From Klebsiella pneumoniae (GTDB lineage Bacteria; Myxococcota_A; UBA796; SXON01): a stretch of DNA of 48,253 nt. The position numbers and the translations under genes were made by a program. The stretch covers positions 1 through 48,253 of the forward strand of contig CAMBIK010000003.1 of NCBI GenBank assembly GCA_945867435.1, written 5' to 3'. Below are positions 36,545 to 45,330 of this stretch, one piece after another. A model generated the notes under the pieces. The model was not told the DNA's origin and did not search any database. It saw nothing but the letters and a program-made list of their open reading frames with translations. Each line of letters opens with the position of its first letter. Positions within the stretch are counted from its first letter, which is position 1.

Positions 36545-38635
36545 CTACAAGTCCTTCACGAACTCGTAGTAGTCGGCGAAGTGGACGCGATTCACCTGCT
36601 TCCCCATCTTGATCATCTCTCGAGCCACGGCTTCCACGGCATGGCGCATGCACACTTGTTCCCGCCGAGCGGAAGCCAGAATGCACGCGTTGATCGCGCT
36701 GTTCACGATGCCGCCGCCGGCCAGGGCGAACTGGTTGGCCAGGTAGGCCAGGTCGAGATCGTCTCCCCGCGGGGCGGAGGGGGGAATCGCCTTTTCCCAG
36801 AGCTTCTGCCGCATTTCGGCGGTGGGCATCGGAAACTCGACCACCGCGCCGAACCGACGCAAGAACGCTTCGTCGATGTTCTCCTGAAGGTTGGTGGTGA
36901 GGATGGCGCAGCCCTCGAACACTTCGAGACGTTGCAGGAGGAAGCTGACTTCCTGGTTGGCGAAGCGGTCCTGCGCCTGCTTTACTTCGCCACGCGAACC
37001 GAACAAGGCATCGGCTTCGTCGAAGAGGATCACGGCCGTTCCGCCCTCTGCGGCATCGAAGATCTCCCGCAGGTTCTTCTCCGTTTCACCCACCCACCTG
37101 GAGATCACGCTGGAGAGATCCACGCGAAACAGGTCCAGGCCCAGCGACCCGGCGATGACCTCGGCGGCCATGGTCTTGCCCGTGCCGGGGCCGCCTGAAA
37201 ACAAGGCTTTGATGCCGTAGCCCCGCGCCCGGACCTTGCTGCCGCCCCAGCGGTGGTACACATTTTCCTGTTCGGACAGGTAGTGCGTGAGATGGTGAAG
37301 CTGGTCCTTCACCTTGTCGGTGATGATCAGGTCATCCATCTTGAACTGGGGGATGACATGCTGGGCGAGCCCCTTGAACTCGGGGCGGGACAGCTCCCGC
37401 GCGGCAGACCACAACAGCTCGACCGCCGGTTCTCTCCCGCCCGCCTCGGCCGCGGCGCGTTCGATCACCCGCGGAATCGTGGTGCCGCCGACGCTGTAGA
37501 AGCGTTCGGAGATGTCAGAAGCGATGGCGGCCGACCATCCCTTCCGCTCCAGCGATACGGTCCATGCTTCGACCCTTTCTTCCAGGGTCGTGCGGCCGAC
37601 GTGTACGGTAACGCTGGGCCGTTCCGCCCCTAAGAGCCCCGAGATCGCCCGGCGGTCGCTTCCCGAGACCAGGACCGGGTAGGGCAGCGTGGCCAGCGCC
37701 ACCCCGAGGGCCATCAGCCCGTTTCGAAGCGCGGGATCTTCCTGAGCCGGCGCCACGTTGATCACATACGGGAGCGCCCCGCTCAAGCGCAGCTCCCGGA
37801 TGAGATCCCAGGGCTCATCCAGGTATTGCCGGGCTCGTTCCAGATCGATCCGGACCAACGGACGGCCGACGAAGCGGGCGAGCGACTGGGCCACCCCTTC
37901 CCGCAGGCCCACCGTGCTGCCGACCACCGCTACGGTGACGGCGGTCTTGAGGGTGTCCCCGAGGTCTTCGATCCGGCTCCGGGTGGGCGCCGGGATGAAC
38001 GGTTCGAGGCGGGTATCGATGGGGGTGAAGCCGACGCCGGCCGGAAGTTCCCCTTCCTCCAGAAACCACCTTACCAGTCGCGGGGTTGGGTGGAGGCGGC
38101 GCGAGGTGTGGGTTTCAAAGCCATCGGGCGGGTTCAACAGCAGCAGTCGGTTTCGGACCAGCGCCCCGCCGGGCAGAAGCCGGGATTGCAGGGCGAGTCG
38201 CTCGCGGCGCCCGGCGCGCAGCACGCGCGTGGCCATGTCCACTGTAAGGTAGGCCTGGTTCAGATTGTCGTTGAGGTAGGCAAAGATCTTGCCGTACCCC
38301 GCGCTGATTTCGGGAGCGAGGGCGAGCAGCACCAGGTCGGCATCATCCCCATCGAGGTCGAAGGCTTCCCGAAACAGGGAAAAGCGGCCTCCCGGCGCGT
38401 CGCGCATCGCGGTGGAGGCGAGTACGGCTTCTTCCAGCCCATCCGGCCCGCTGGCGTAGTCGATTTCGCCGTGGGCACGCAAGAGCGCATCCACTTCGTC
38501 GTCGGTGATCACCGAGCCCCAGAACTGGCCTTTGGCGCGCATCGCCGGTCGCGAACGCTGCCGCCGCACCGCCCGCAGCAGCAACAGGTCGGTGCGACGG
38601 AGCCGCCGGGCGAGGTCATCGAACACGTTGTCCAT
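36545..38635 (-). CDS. AAA+ ATPase resembling Afp15/Pvc15 (contractile injection system type)
   Basis: I.DDEVDALL and LAPE....Y..IFAYLND N-region; degenerate first AAA module; [42 protein letters not shown]. Confidence 0.88.
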   Translation of the reverse strand: MDNVFDDLARRLRRTDLLLLRAVRRQRSRPAMRAKGQFWGSVITDDEVDALLRAHGEIDYASGPDGLEEAVLASTAMRDAPGGRFSLFREAFDLDGDDADLVLLALAPEISAGYGKIFAYLNDNLNQAYLTVDMATRVLRAGRRERLALQSRLLPGGALVRNRLLLLNPPDGFETHTSRRLHPTPRLVRWFLEEGELPAGVGFTPIDTRLEPFIPAPTRSRIEDLGDTLKTAVTVAVVGSTVGLREGVAQSLARFVGRPLVRIDLERARQYLDEPWDLIRELRLSGALPYVINVAPAQEDPALRNGLMALGVALATLPYPVLVSGSDRRAISGLLGAERPSVTVHVGRTTLEERVEAWTVSLERKGWSAAIASDISERFYSVGGTTIPRVIERAAAEAGGREPAVELLWSAARELSRPEFKGLAQHVIPQFKMDDLIITDKVKDQLHHLTHYLSEQENVYHRWGGSKVRARGYGIKALFSGGPGTGKTMAAEVIAGSLGLDLFRVDLSSVISRWVGETEKNLREIFDAAEGGTAVILFDEADALFGSRGEVKQAQDRFANQEVSFLLQRLEVFEGCAILTTNLQENIDEAFLRRFGAVVEFPMPTAEMRQKLWEKAIPPSAPRGDDLDLAYLANQFALAGGGIVNSAINACILASARREQVCMRHAVEAVAREMIKMGKQVNRVHFADYYEFVKDL

Positions 38636-38667
38636 CGCGGCTGAGCGTAACGTGGTACACCGGGGCC

Positions 38668-39507
38668 ATGCTGCTCTTCTGCCTGTTCGCCTGCTTCACT
38701 CGCCCTGATCCCGCCTTCGACTCGGCCGGGGACACCGCTGCCGACACCGCCGCCGACACCGCTGCCGACACGGACTGCGGAAGCGACGCCGACTGCGACG
38801 GCTACCTAGTGGACGACGACTGCGATGACCAGGACGCCCTGATCCACCCTGGAGCCGCCGAATCCTGCGATGGTCTGGACAACGACTGCGACACCGAGGT
38901 CGACGAGGAAGCAGGGGGCACCTACTACACCGACGCGGATGGCGATGGCTACGGGGATCCGGCGGGGGCGATGCAGGCGTGCGAACGCCCTGAACAGGCC
39001 GCCGACAACGGGGCCGACTGCAACGACACCGACTCCGGCATCCATCCCGACGCCGAAGAGGTTCCCAACGGCCTGGACGACAACTGCGATGGGCAGGCCG
39101 ATGAGGGCCTTTCGAGTGGGGCGACCCTCACCGCCGTAGACGTGGCGTGGGACAGCAGCGGAGCCTCCATCACGGTGGAAGGCTCGGCTGCGGGCTGGAG
39201 CCTCGGCATCGCGGAAACGCGCGCGGGGGACCAGGGGTGGTACGGTGAATCCTGCATCCTCGGCAGCCAGCCGCTGGGGTACGACGACTACGGGTGGGAT
39301 GTCTGTCACACCCTGGGGGCCGCGGGGGGGCGCCTGACCGGCGTGTTTACCCCGAGCGATGTCGAAGATGGGAGCACCCTGTTCAACGACACGCTGGATG
39401 CCGCCGGAAACATGACCTACATGCTCACCGCAGACGATGCCTCGGCCTGTTGGGTGTGGGGGAATGAGCCTCGGTACTATGTGGCCTTTGGATGCACGGA
39501 GATCTGA
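38668..39507 (+). CDS. Lipoprotein with MopE-type putative metal-binding repeats
   Basis: MLLFCLFA-C; (DTAA)x3; two DC.D.D..IHP.A.E...G.D.(D/N)CD...DE repeats; DADGDGYG. Confidence 0.9.
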   Translation: MLLFCLFACFTRPDPAFDSAGDTAADTAADTAADTDCGSDADCDGYLVDDDCDDQDALIHPGAAESCDGLDNDCDTEVDEEAGGTYYTDADGDGYGDPAGAMQACERPEQAADNGADCNDTDSGIHPDAEEVPNGLDDNCDGQADEGLSSGATLTAVDVAWDSSGASITVEGSAAGWSLGIAETRAGDQGWYGESCILGSQPLGYDDYGWDVCHTLGAAGGRLTGVFTPSDVEDGSTLFNDTLDAAGNMTYMLTADDASACWVWGNEPRYYVAFGCTEI

Positions 39508-39665
39508 AGGCGTGAGCACGCGAAAGCCCCGGCGGCCACCTCGGGCCGCGTCGCCCTCCGGCGCCGGCAGCCTCCTCCAGCTCCGTGAGCCCCTGGCTCT
39601 CTTCCAGGGTCGGCCAAGGACTCGCACCCTCGATGATCTCGGCCATCCCTAGCTGAAGCGCGCCC

Positions 39666-40538
39666 CTACCAAATCTTCCACCACGCCTTCTTCTGCTCTT
39701 CGGCGGGCGCGGGAGTCGCTGCGGGGGTCGGCACCGGGCCGAATGACGTGACTGAAACGGGCGGCGTGGGCTTCAGGGTGACCGCGGCGGCCGCGCGTGA
39801 GCGGGGTGGTGCCTTCACCGCAGCGGCTTCCGCCGCTGTCGCAGAAGGGGCCACAGGGGGGGCAACGGCGCGAGCGAGTTCGTCGGTGTTGGCGTCGTCG
39901 TCGAACGGGACGGTGCCTGCCGGCATGGGCTTTTCCGCCGCCGGCACGGCCGCTTCCGCCACCGGCTTGGCCGCAGGCTTCTTCTTCCCCGGGGCCTTTT
40001 TCTTGGTCGGCGGGGCGGCGGGTGCGAGCAGGGCGGCGAGCCCGGTCACATCCGCAGCGGCGGCGGCCAGCACGGCGACAGGATCTTCCGCCCGGACGAT
40101 CTTCCGCCGCGTGAAGAACGACGATGCCGACTTCGGCGCGCCGGCCGTTCCCGCAAGGCCCACCACATCAAGGCCCCAGGCGGCGACAGTCAAGAACTCT
40201 CCGAGCGTGCGCGCCACCACGATCGACCCTTCGATCGGGTTGGCGATGTACACGACCGGACAATCGGCCCATGGGCGTTCCTCTCGCCGCCACAGCGCGT
40301 AAAATCCTCCTTTCCCGCGCCGGAGGAAGCCGAGCAGCTGGGGCAGGGCCGGGTGGGAAGCCCCGATCTGGTCGGCCAGCGCAGCCGGATCGACCAATTC
40401 CACCTCGGCGAAGGGTGCCCAGGTCCCGACGCGGGCCTTGGCGAAGCCTTCCGACGACAGGAATGCGGCAGGCACTTCGCCGCGAAAGACGTTGGCGACA
40501 AAGCCGGCGTAAGCGTGAGCGGGGGCGGCCATCAGCAC
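39666..40538 (-). CDS. Hypothetical protein: SUKH/SMI1-like N-domain, Pro/Ala linker, KKAWWKIW tail
   Basis: GG.YALW...PVVYI....G..VVA.TL.EFL resembles SUKH immunity folds; the start may be ATG 40532. Confidence 0.7.
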   Translation of the reverse strand: MLMAAPAHAYAGFVANVFRGEVPAAFLSSEGFAKARVGTWAPFAEVELVDPAALADQIGASHPALPQLLGFLRRGKGGFYALWRREERPWADCPVVYIANPIEGSIVVARTLGEFLTVAAWGLDVVGLAGTAGAPKSASSFFTRRKIVRAEDPVAVLAAAAADVTGLAALLAPAAPPTKKKAPGKKKPAAKPVAEAAVPAAEKPMPAGTVPFDDDANTDELARAVAPPVAPSATAAEAAAVKAPPRSRAAAAVTLKPTPPVSVTSFGPVPTPAATPAPAEEQKKAWWKIW

Positions 40539-40571
40539 CTCGAACGAAAGGCTAACCCAACGCCTGCCGGT

Positions 40572-41831
40572 TCATTCAACTACGTCGTCGATGCCCCTCG
40601 GCTCGATCAGGAATTGAGGCACATCGTCGTAGCTCGTGTAGTAGAGCGGGCCCGTGATGCTGGACCAGGTCGTGCCTGGCTCCGCCTCAATCTGCATGAA
40701 CAGGTTGTCGATGTACAGCCCACGGTCGGTGAGCACTGTGCCCCATTCATCGACCGAAACCGCGGTCAGCCCCTCGACCTGGATGAGCGCGGACTGCCAT
40801 GGCTCCCAGTCCGCCACGTCGGCAGGGACGGTCGAAACGGTGGGCTCCGCCACGCCGGTCTCCACCATCGTGCCCCCCCCAAACAAGCTGATCTCCATCA
40901 ACCCGTAGTAGTTGGAGACCGTGCCCGTCACGTCGAACGTCATGCCGGGCTCCCACCAGGTCCACCCTGCCGGGTCGTACACCACGATGCCGCTGGATTC
41001 GCCCCCCCCCGCGTCCTGTACGAAGAGGTACGTGCGGTCCTTGTCTTCGCCGAAGCTGGGGGCGGTCGAAACCACGCCGACCACCCGTACGGGGCCGCAT
41101 ACGCCATCGGTACGGATGCCGTGTACGGTGGTATCGACCGTTGCGCCCGGCCCGTAGCCGCCCAGGTCCGCGGCGGTCCGATTGTTCAAGGACCATGCTT
41201 CGTACTGGTAGAATACGATGCCCGTCACGCTGTCGAAGTGACCGCGGCAGTCGTAGTCGTTGTACATGAAGCCGTCGTCGAGGCCGATGCCAGCGGTGAG
41301 CATCCCCGTGCTGTAGGCGTTGATCGATTCCACGGTCTGGTCGGTCACGGTCACAGGCACGCTCTCCCACGCATCCCAATCCACGCCGACGCCATCCCCA
41401 AGGTCGGCGGGAGCGGGCAGAGTGCCCTGGCCGGTGCGTTCGATGGAGGAAGCATCCCCCACGACCAGCTCGGTCCACCCGAAGTAGTCGCTGATCTTGC
41501 CGCTGATGGTGACTTCGTCCCCCACCGCGAGCGAAAGTTCGCTTCCGAACTGACCCTGGGACCACACATAGAGGCCGCTGCGCTCGCCGCCCGCCGGGTC
41601 CTGGACGAAGAACCCGTCGGACTTGCCGCTGTCGGTGTCGGCGCGGGTCAAGGGCGAACTGACCAGGATGCCGGTCAGCGTGACCGTTTCGCCGTCACCC
41701 ACGTCGCCGTTGCGCACGTCGAAGATTGTTGCGCCGCCTCCGCCGCCTCCCGAGTCGCCGCCATCGGAAGCGGTGTCCGTGTCCTTTGCAACCGGATCGA
41801 GGCAGGCGGAAAGCGTGAAGAGGGCGAACAT
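40572..41831 (-). CDS. Lipoprotein with tandem YhcR-type OB-fold repeats
   Basis: GGAG RBS; LSA-C; two units FVQD..GGE.SG..V...G....V.G..S.Y.G..E...W..W(E/Q)S. Confidence 0.85.
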   Translation of the reverse strand: MFALFTLSACLDPVAKDTDTASDGGDSGGGGGGATIFDVRNGDVGDGETVTLTGILVSSPLTRADTDSGKSDGFFVQDPAGGERSGLYVWSQGQFGSELSLAVGDEVTISGKISDYFGWTELVVGDASSIERTGQGTLPAPADLGDGVGVDWDAWESVPVTVTDQTVESINAYSTGMLTAGIGLDDGFMYNDYDCRGHFDSVTGIVFYQYEAWSLNNRTAADLGGYGPGATVDTTVHGIRTDGVCGPVRVVGVVSTAPSFGEDKDRTYLFVQDAGGGESSGIVVYDPAGWTWWEPGMTFDVTGTVSNYYGLMEISLFGGGTMVETGVAEPTVSTVPADVADWEPWQSALIQVEGLTAVSVDEWGTVLTDRGLYIDNLFMQIEAEPGTTWSSITGPLYYTSYDDVPQFLIEPRGIDDVVE

Positions 41832-41877
41832 GGGGGACTCCGCGTTAGGGCGTGCTGTCTACACGGAGATGCGGCGC

Positions 41878-42807
41878 GTGACAAGCCCAGTTGCAGCGAT
41901 GACCGTTTCTGGCCTCTCGCGATTCTACGGGAAGCGCGCCGCGGTAAGCCGGCTGAATATCCGGGTAGATACAGGAGATCTCTACGGTTTTCTGGGCCCG
42001 AACGGCTCGGGAAAGACCACCGCCATCCGCGCCATCCTGGGCCTCATCGCCAAGAGCGAAGGCACGGTGGATCTGTTTGGGGATCGCGACCCTGTGCGCC
42101 AACGCGCGGAGGTCGGGGCGATGGTCGAAACGCCCACCTTCAACGACTGGCTGTCGGGCCGCAACAACCTCCGCATCGCGGCGGCCTACGCAGGGCGCGG
42201 AACGCCCGCGGAGATCGACGAGGTGCTGGAACGGGTGGGGCTGCGCGAACGCGCCGCAGAACGGGTCCGCGGCTACTCGCTCGGGATGCGCCAGCGCCTC
42301 GGTATCGCCCGGGCCCTGCTGGGAAAGCCGAAGCTCCTGATTTTGGACGAGCCAACCAACGGGCTTGACCCGCGCGGCATGGTCGAGGTGCGCCTGCTGC
42401 TCAAGGATCTGGTCAGGCGCGATGGTCTCACCGTATTCGTCAGTTCCCACCTGCTGGTTGAAGTGGAGATGATGTGCAACCGCATCGGCATCCTCGACCG
42501 CGGGGTGCTCAAGGCCGAAGGGTCGATGGAGGAGCTTTTGGCGACGCTTGGCGGCGTGGAGGAGGTGCAGGTGGGGGTGGTTGACCGGCCGGCTGCGTTG
42601 CGGGTGTTCGAGCGGCTCGGCGGCGTCGAGGTCGTGGGCGATGGCGACCACGACCGGCTCAGGCTGCACCTTCGGGGTCGCGATGCGGCGGAGGTGAACC
42701 GTGCGCTGGTTGCGGCCGGGGTGGCGGTCAGCGCGTTGGTGCCCAAGGCCCGCACGTTGGAGGAGATCTTTCTCTCCGTCACCTCCTCCGAGCCGGGGGT
42801 CGCGTGA
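41878..42807 (+). CDS. ABC transporter ATP-binding protein (BcrA/ABC-2 type)
   Basis: GPNGSGKTT, YSLGMRQRL, LDEPTNGLDP, SSH; GGAG RBS before GTG 41878 (start uncertain). Confidence 0.95.
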   Translation: MTSPVAAMTVSGLSRFYGKRAAVSRLNIRVDTGDLYGFLGPNGSGKTTAIRAILGLIAKSEGTVDLFGDRDPVRQRAEVGAMVETPTFNDWLSGRNNLRIAAAYAGRGTPAEIDEVLERVGLRERAAERVRGYSLGMRQRLGIARALLGKPKLLILDEPTNGLDPRGMVEVRLLLKDLVRRDGLTVFVSSHLLVEVEMMCNRIGILDRGVLKAEGSMEELLATLGGVEEVQVGVVDRPAALRVFERLGGVEVVGDGDHDRLRLHLRGRDAAEVNRALVAAGVAVSALVPKARTLEEIFLSVTSSEPGVA

Positions 42808-43628
42808 TGCCACGCCAGTTTTCGGCCATGGTCCGCGCGGAGCTGCTCAAAGTGTTCACGCAGTGGAGCGGACTGGGGGCTGTGTGCGTGTCGGTGCTCA
42901 TCGGCATCTTCACCGTGCTCTGGTTGGATTGGGTGGCGGGCTTGGGGGATGGGGCCCAGATGAACGGGCAAGCGTGGACCAACTTCCTTCAGACCGACGC
43001 CGTGGGTGCCAGTGGGTACGCCCTGTTTGTCCGAAACTTCTTCGTGCTGCCGATGCTGCTCTTCCTCGCGACGGCCTCCAGCGTGGCGGGGGAACGAGCC
43101 AACGGGACGCTGCGCGAGCTGGTGGTACGTCCGGTTCCCAGGTGGAGCATCCTTGCGGCAAAGACTGTTGCGCTGTGGGCGCTTTCCATCTTCACGCTTG
43201 TAGGCACCTTCCTCGCGTCGATCCTCCTGGGTTGGGCGATCTTCGCCGAGCCGGCGGCGGGCGCGGCGGCGGGGTCTGTCGTTCGGGTTTTCCTTGGCTA
43301 TGCGGCCAGCTTTGTCAGCGATGTGGCCCTGATCGCGCTCGGCTTGGCACTCGCCACATTCATGCGCTCGGTAGGCGGCGTGGTCGTGAGCCTGCTCCTG
43401 TTGCTCATGGTCGACCGCTTTGTCTGGGTGATGCTGTACGGCTTGGGCCAGTTCCTGGGCCAGGGTTGGACTGCGGCCGCGATGGACTGGACCCTCGTGG
43501 GCGCGATGGGTTGCTGGGAATCCTGGGAAACGCAGTTCGAACCCATCCAGTTTGTGGCTGTGGTGGCGATCACCGCCATCGCCTCGGCGATCGCCCTCAT
43601 CCGCTTCAGGTATGCCGATGTCCCCTGA
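42807..43628 (+). CDS. ABC-2 transporter permease
   Basis: AELLK, GE...GTLR..VV.PV.R..IL.AK; about 6 TM segments; TGATG coupling. Confidence 0.92.
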   Translation: MPRQFSAMVRAELLKVFTQWSGLGAVCVSVLIGIFTVLWLDWVAGLGDGAQMNGQAWTNFLQTDAVGASGYALFVRNFFVLPMLLFLATASSVAGERANGTLRELVVRPVPRWSILAAKTVALWALSIFTLVGTFLASILLGWAIFAEPAAGAAAGSVVRVFLGYAASFVSDVALIALGLALATFMRSVGGVVVSLLLLLMVDRFVWVMLYGLGQFLGQGWTAAAMDWTLVGAMGCWESWETQFEPIQFVAVVAITAIASAIALIRFRYADVP

Positions 43629-44820
43629 TCCCGCAGCGTTCATCCATGCGCTTGGCCTACCAGCGGCGTGGGTGGATGCATCGGGATGCATCGCTTGCTC
43701 CAATGAGGCATTCACCGCTTGGGCTCCTGACTGTGCCGATGCGCGGCTGGATACGCGCGCCGACGGCGCGTGGCTGCTTTCGGCGGGTCGCACGCCGCTG
43801 CGCGTGCGCGCGGAACGCCTGGGGACTGGCTTCCTGCTGCTCCCCCCCAGCGAGGGTGGGCATCCGGCGCGCGATGCCGTGGTCACGCATGTCGCCAGGC
43901 GCCTGGAGCGGGTCGCCACCTCGTTGGAAGCCGCTCTCGGCGCGGTGCTTCGTGAACACCCTCCCGCCCCCCTCGCCGCATCGATCCGCGAAGCCCTCGC
44001 CGGCGTCGAGGGCCTCCACACGATGCGGCGTGAGGTCCTTGCGCTTTCCGACTCCAGCGCCGGCCCGGAGGCCATGGCCGTCAACCTCGGCACCCTGGTC
44101 CAGGATGCCCTGACCTCGATGGGCGGGCCGCTTCCGGTGGATTTGGGGGTCATCGACACGGACTGCGTGGTTCGCGCCATCCCCGAAAAGGGCTTCTGGG
44201 CCATCGCCACCCTCGCGGGTGCGCTGGCGCGTAGTATAGGTCGAACCCAACGAATCGTTGTCCACGTCTTCTCCCGCGAGGGGTTTGGCATCCTTCAGTT
44301 CGAAAGTCCCTCGCCGACGCCCACGTTTGGCCTCGACATCGAAAGCGCGCGCGCGGCGGTGGCGGCGGCGGGCGGCCGCCTGCTCATCGTGGCCGAGGGC
44401 GGTGTCGTGATGCAGTTTCAACTGTACGCGCCTCCCGATAGCGTCCGCAGCGTGCCCCACCGCGGCACCGTTCTCGTCGCAGAAGATGAGCCCGCCGTGC
44501 TGGCGATGATGGCCGCGGTCCTGAAGCGCGAGGGGTACACGGCACTTGCGGTGACCAATGGCGTGTCCGCCACCGCTCTGCTCCGCACGCGTGGGGGCGA
44601 CCTTGCGGCCCTCATCACCGACGCGATGCTCCCCGGGTTGAGCGGCGTGGAGCTGGTCGCCGAGGCGCGTCGTTCGTTCCCCCACCTGCCTCTGCTCCTG
44701 GTTACCGGCCACGACGAGCTGGTTGTGAGCAGCAAGCACACTCCCGTCCTCAGGAAGCCCTTTGGCATGCGTGATTTTGCCGATCGGGTCCGCGTGTTGC
44801 TTTCAGAACCACCAGCCTGA
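43618..44820 (+). CDS. PAS-like + degenerate histidine kinase + intact receiver domain
   Basis: Receiver VLVAEDE...LITD..LPGLSG...VTG...KPF; upstream region follows the kinase layout but lacks the H, N and G boxes. Confidence 0.82.
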   Translation: MSPDPAAFIHALGLPAAWVDASGCIACSNEAFTAWAPDCADARLDTRADGAWLLSAGRTPLRVRAERLGTGFLLLPPSEGGHPARDAVVTHVARRLERVATSLEAALGAVLREHPPAPLAASIREALAGVEGLHTMRREVLALSDSSAGPEAMAVNLGTLVQDALTSMGGPLPVDLGVIDTDCVVRAIPEKGFWAIATLAGALARSIGRTQRIVVHVFSREGFGILQFESPSPTPTFGLDIESARAAVAAAGGRLLIVAEGGVVMQFQLYAPPDSVRSVPHRGTVLVAEDEPAVLAMMAAVLKREGYTALAVTNGVSATALLRTRGGDLAALITDAMLPGLSGVELVAEARRSFPHLPLLLVTGHDELVVSSKHTPVLRKPFGMRDFADRVRVLLSEPPA

Positions 44821-45258
44821 ACACGACAACGCAACGTTCACCACGCCCCCGATGAGCGCCGCCCTGAGCGCGGGGCGAGCCACCGGCGTGTCGCGCCACG
44901 CGTAGGCGACCGCCAAGACCGGGAGCGGCGTGAGGAGGATCGCGAGGACCAGCAGCGCGATCTCCTGGGCGCGGCTCAAGGGGCGGATCGAGGGTCCGGA
45001 TTCCCCGACCAAAAGTGCGCCTGCCGCCTCAAGTCGAGCCGCGGAGGGGGCCAGAGGTTCGCCGAGCCGAATGCGGCTTTGCACGGAGTCCAGCTCGAGG
45101 GTGGAGAGGATGCGCGTGGAGGCGAGCAAGGAGAGCGCGCGCTCCCCGATGCTGGGAAGGTGCGCGCAGCCCGAGCAGCGCCCGAGGGGGAGCTCCTTGT
45201 CGGCGCCGCAGCGGATGCAGACGCTGCGCAACGGCTGCCCTGCGTGGTCTTCGGCCAT
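44803..45258 (-). CDS. Zinc-ribbon membrane protein, hypothetical
   Basis: CIRC...CSGC near the N-terminus; two C-terminal TM helices. Confidence 0.7.
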   Translation of the reverse strand: MAEDHAGQPLRSVCIRCGADKELPLGRCSGCAHLPSIGERALSLLASTRILSTLELDSVQSRIRLGEPLAPSAARLEAAGALLVGESGPSIRPLSRAQEIALLVLAILLTPLPVLAVAYAWRDTPVARPALRAALIGGVVNVALSCSGWWF

Positions 45259-45330
45259 GTTTCCTGGCTAACCTCAGACGCCCTCACATCGCGCCCGCCC
45301 CCATCCGATCCTGCGGTGGGGGAGCTCGTC

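Noticed and set aside
36542-36547. ATPase TAG directly in frame with the downstream ORF (pyrrolysine or read-through)
   Set aside because: The downstream ORF starts with a lipoprotein signal; translational coupling is the simpler explanation.
38731-38771. 12-bp tandem repeat (GACACCGCYGCC), and the 9-bp repeat near 29718-29745
   Set aside because: In-frame coding linkers (DTAA, DSV) with no spacers, so not CRISPR.
39425-39652. Short ORFs in the 39508-39665 gap
   Set aside because: They overlap the convergent lipoprotein gene and have no recognisable family; a small fragment cannot be excluded.
40353-44291. Very long antisense or alternative-frame ORFs (40353-42368, 42273-44291, and similar ones window-wide)
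   Set aside because: Shadow ORFs expected in high-GC DNA opposite well-supported genes.
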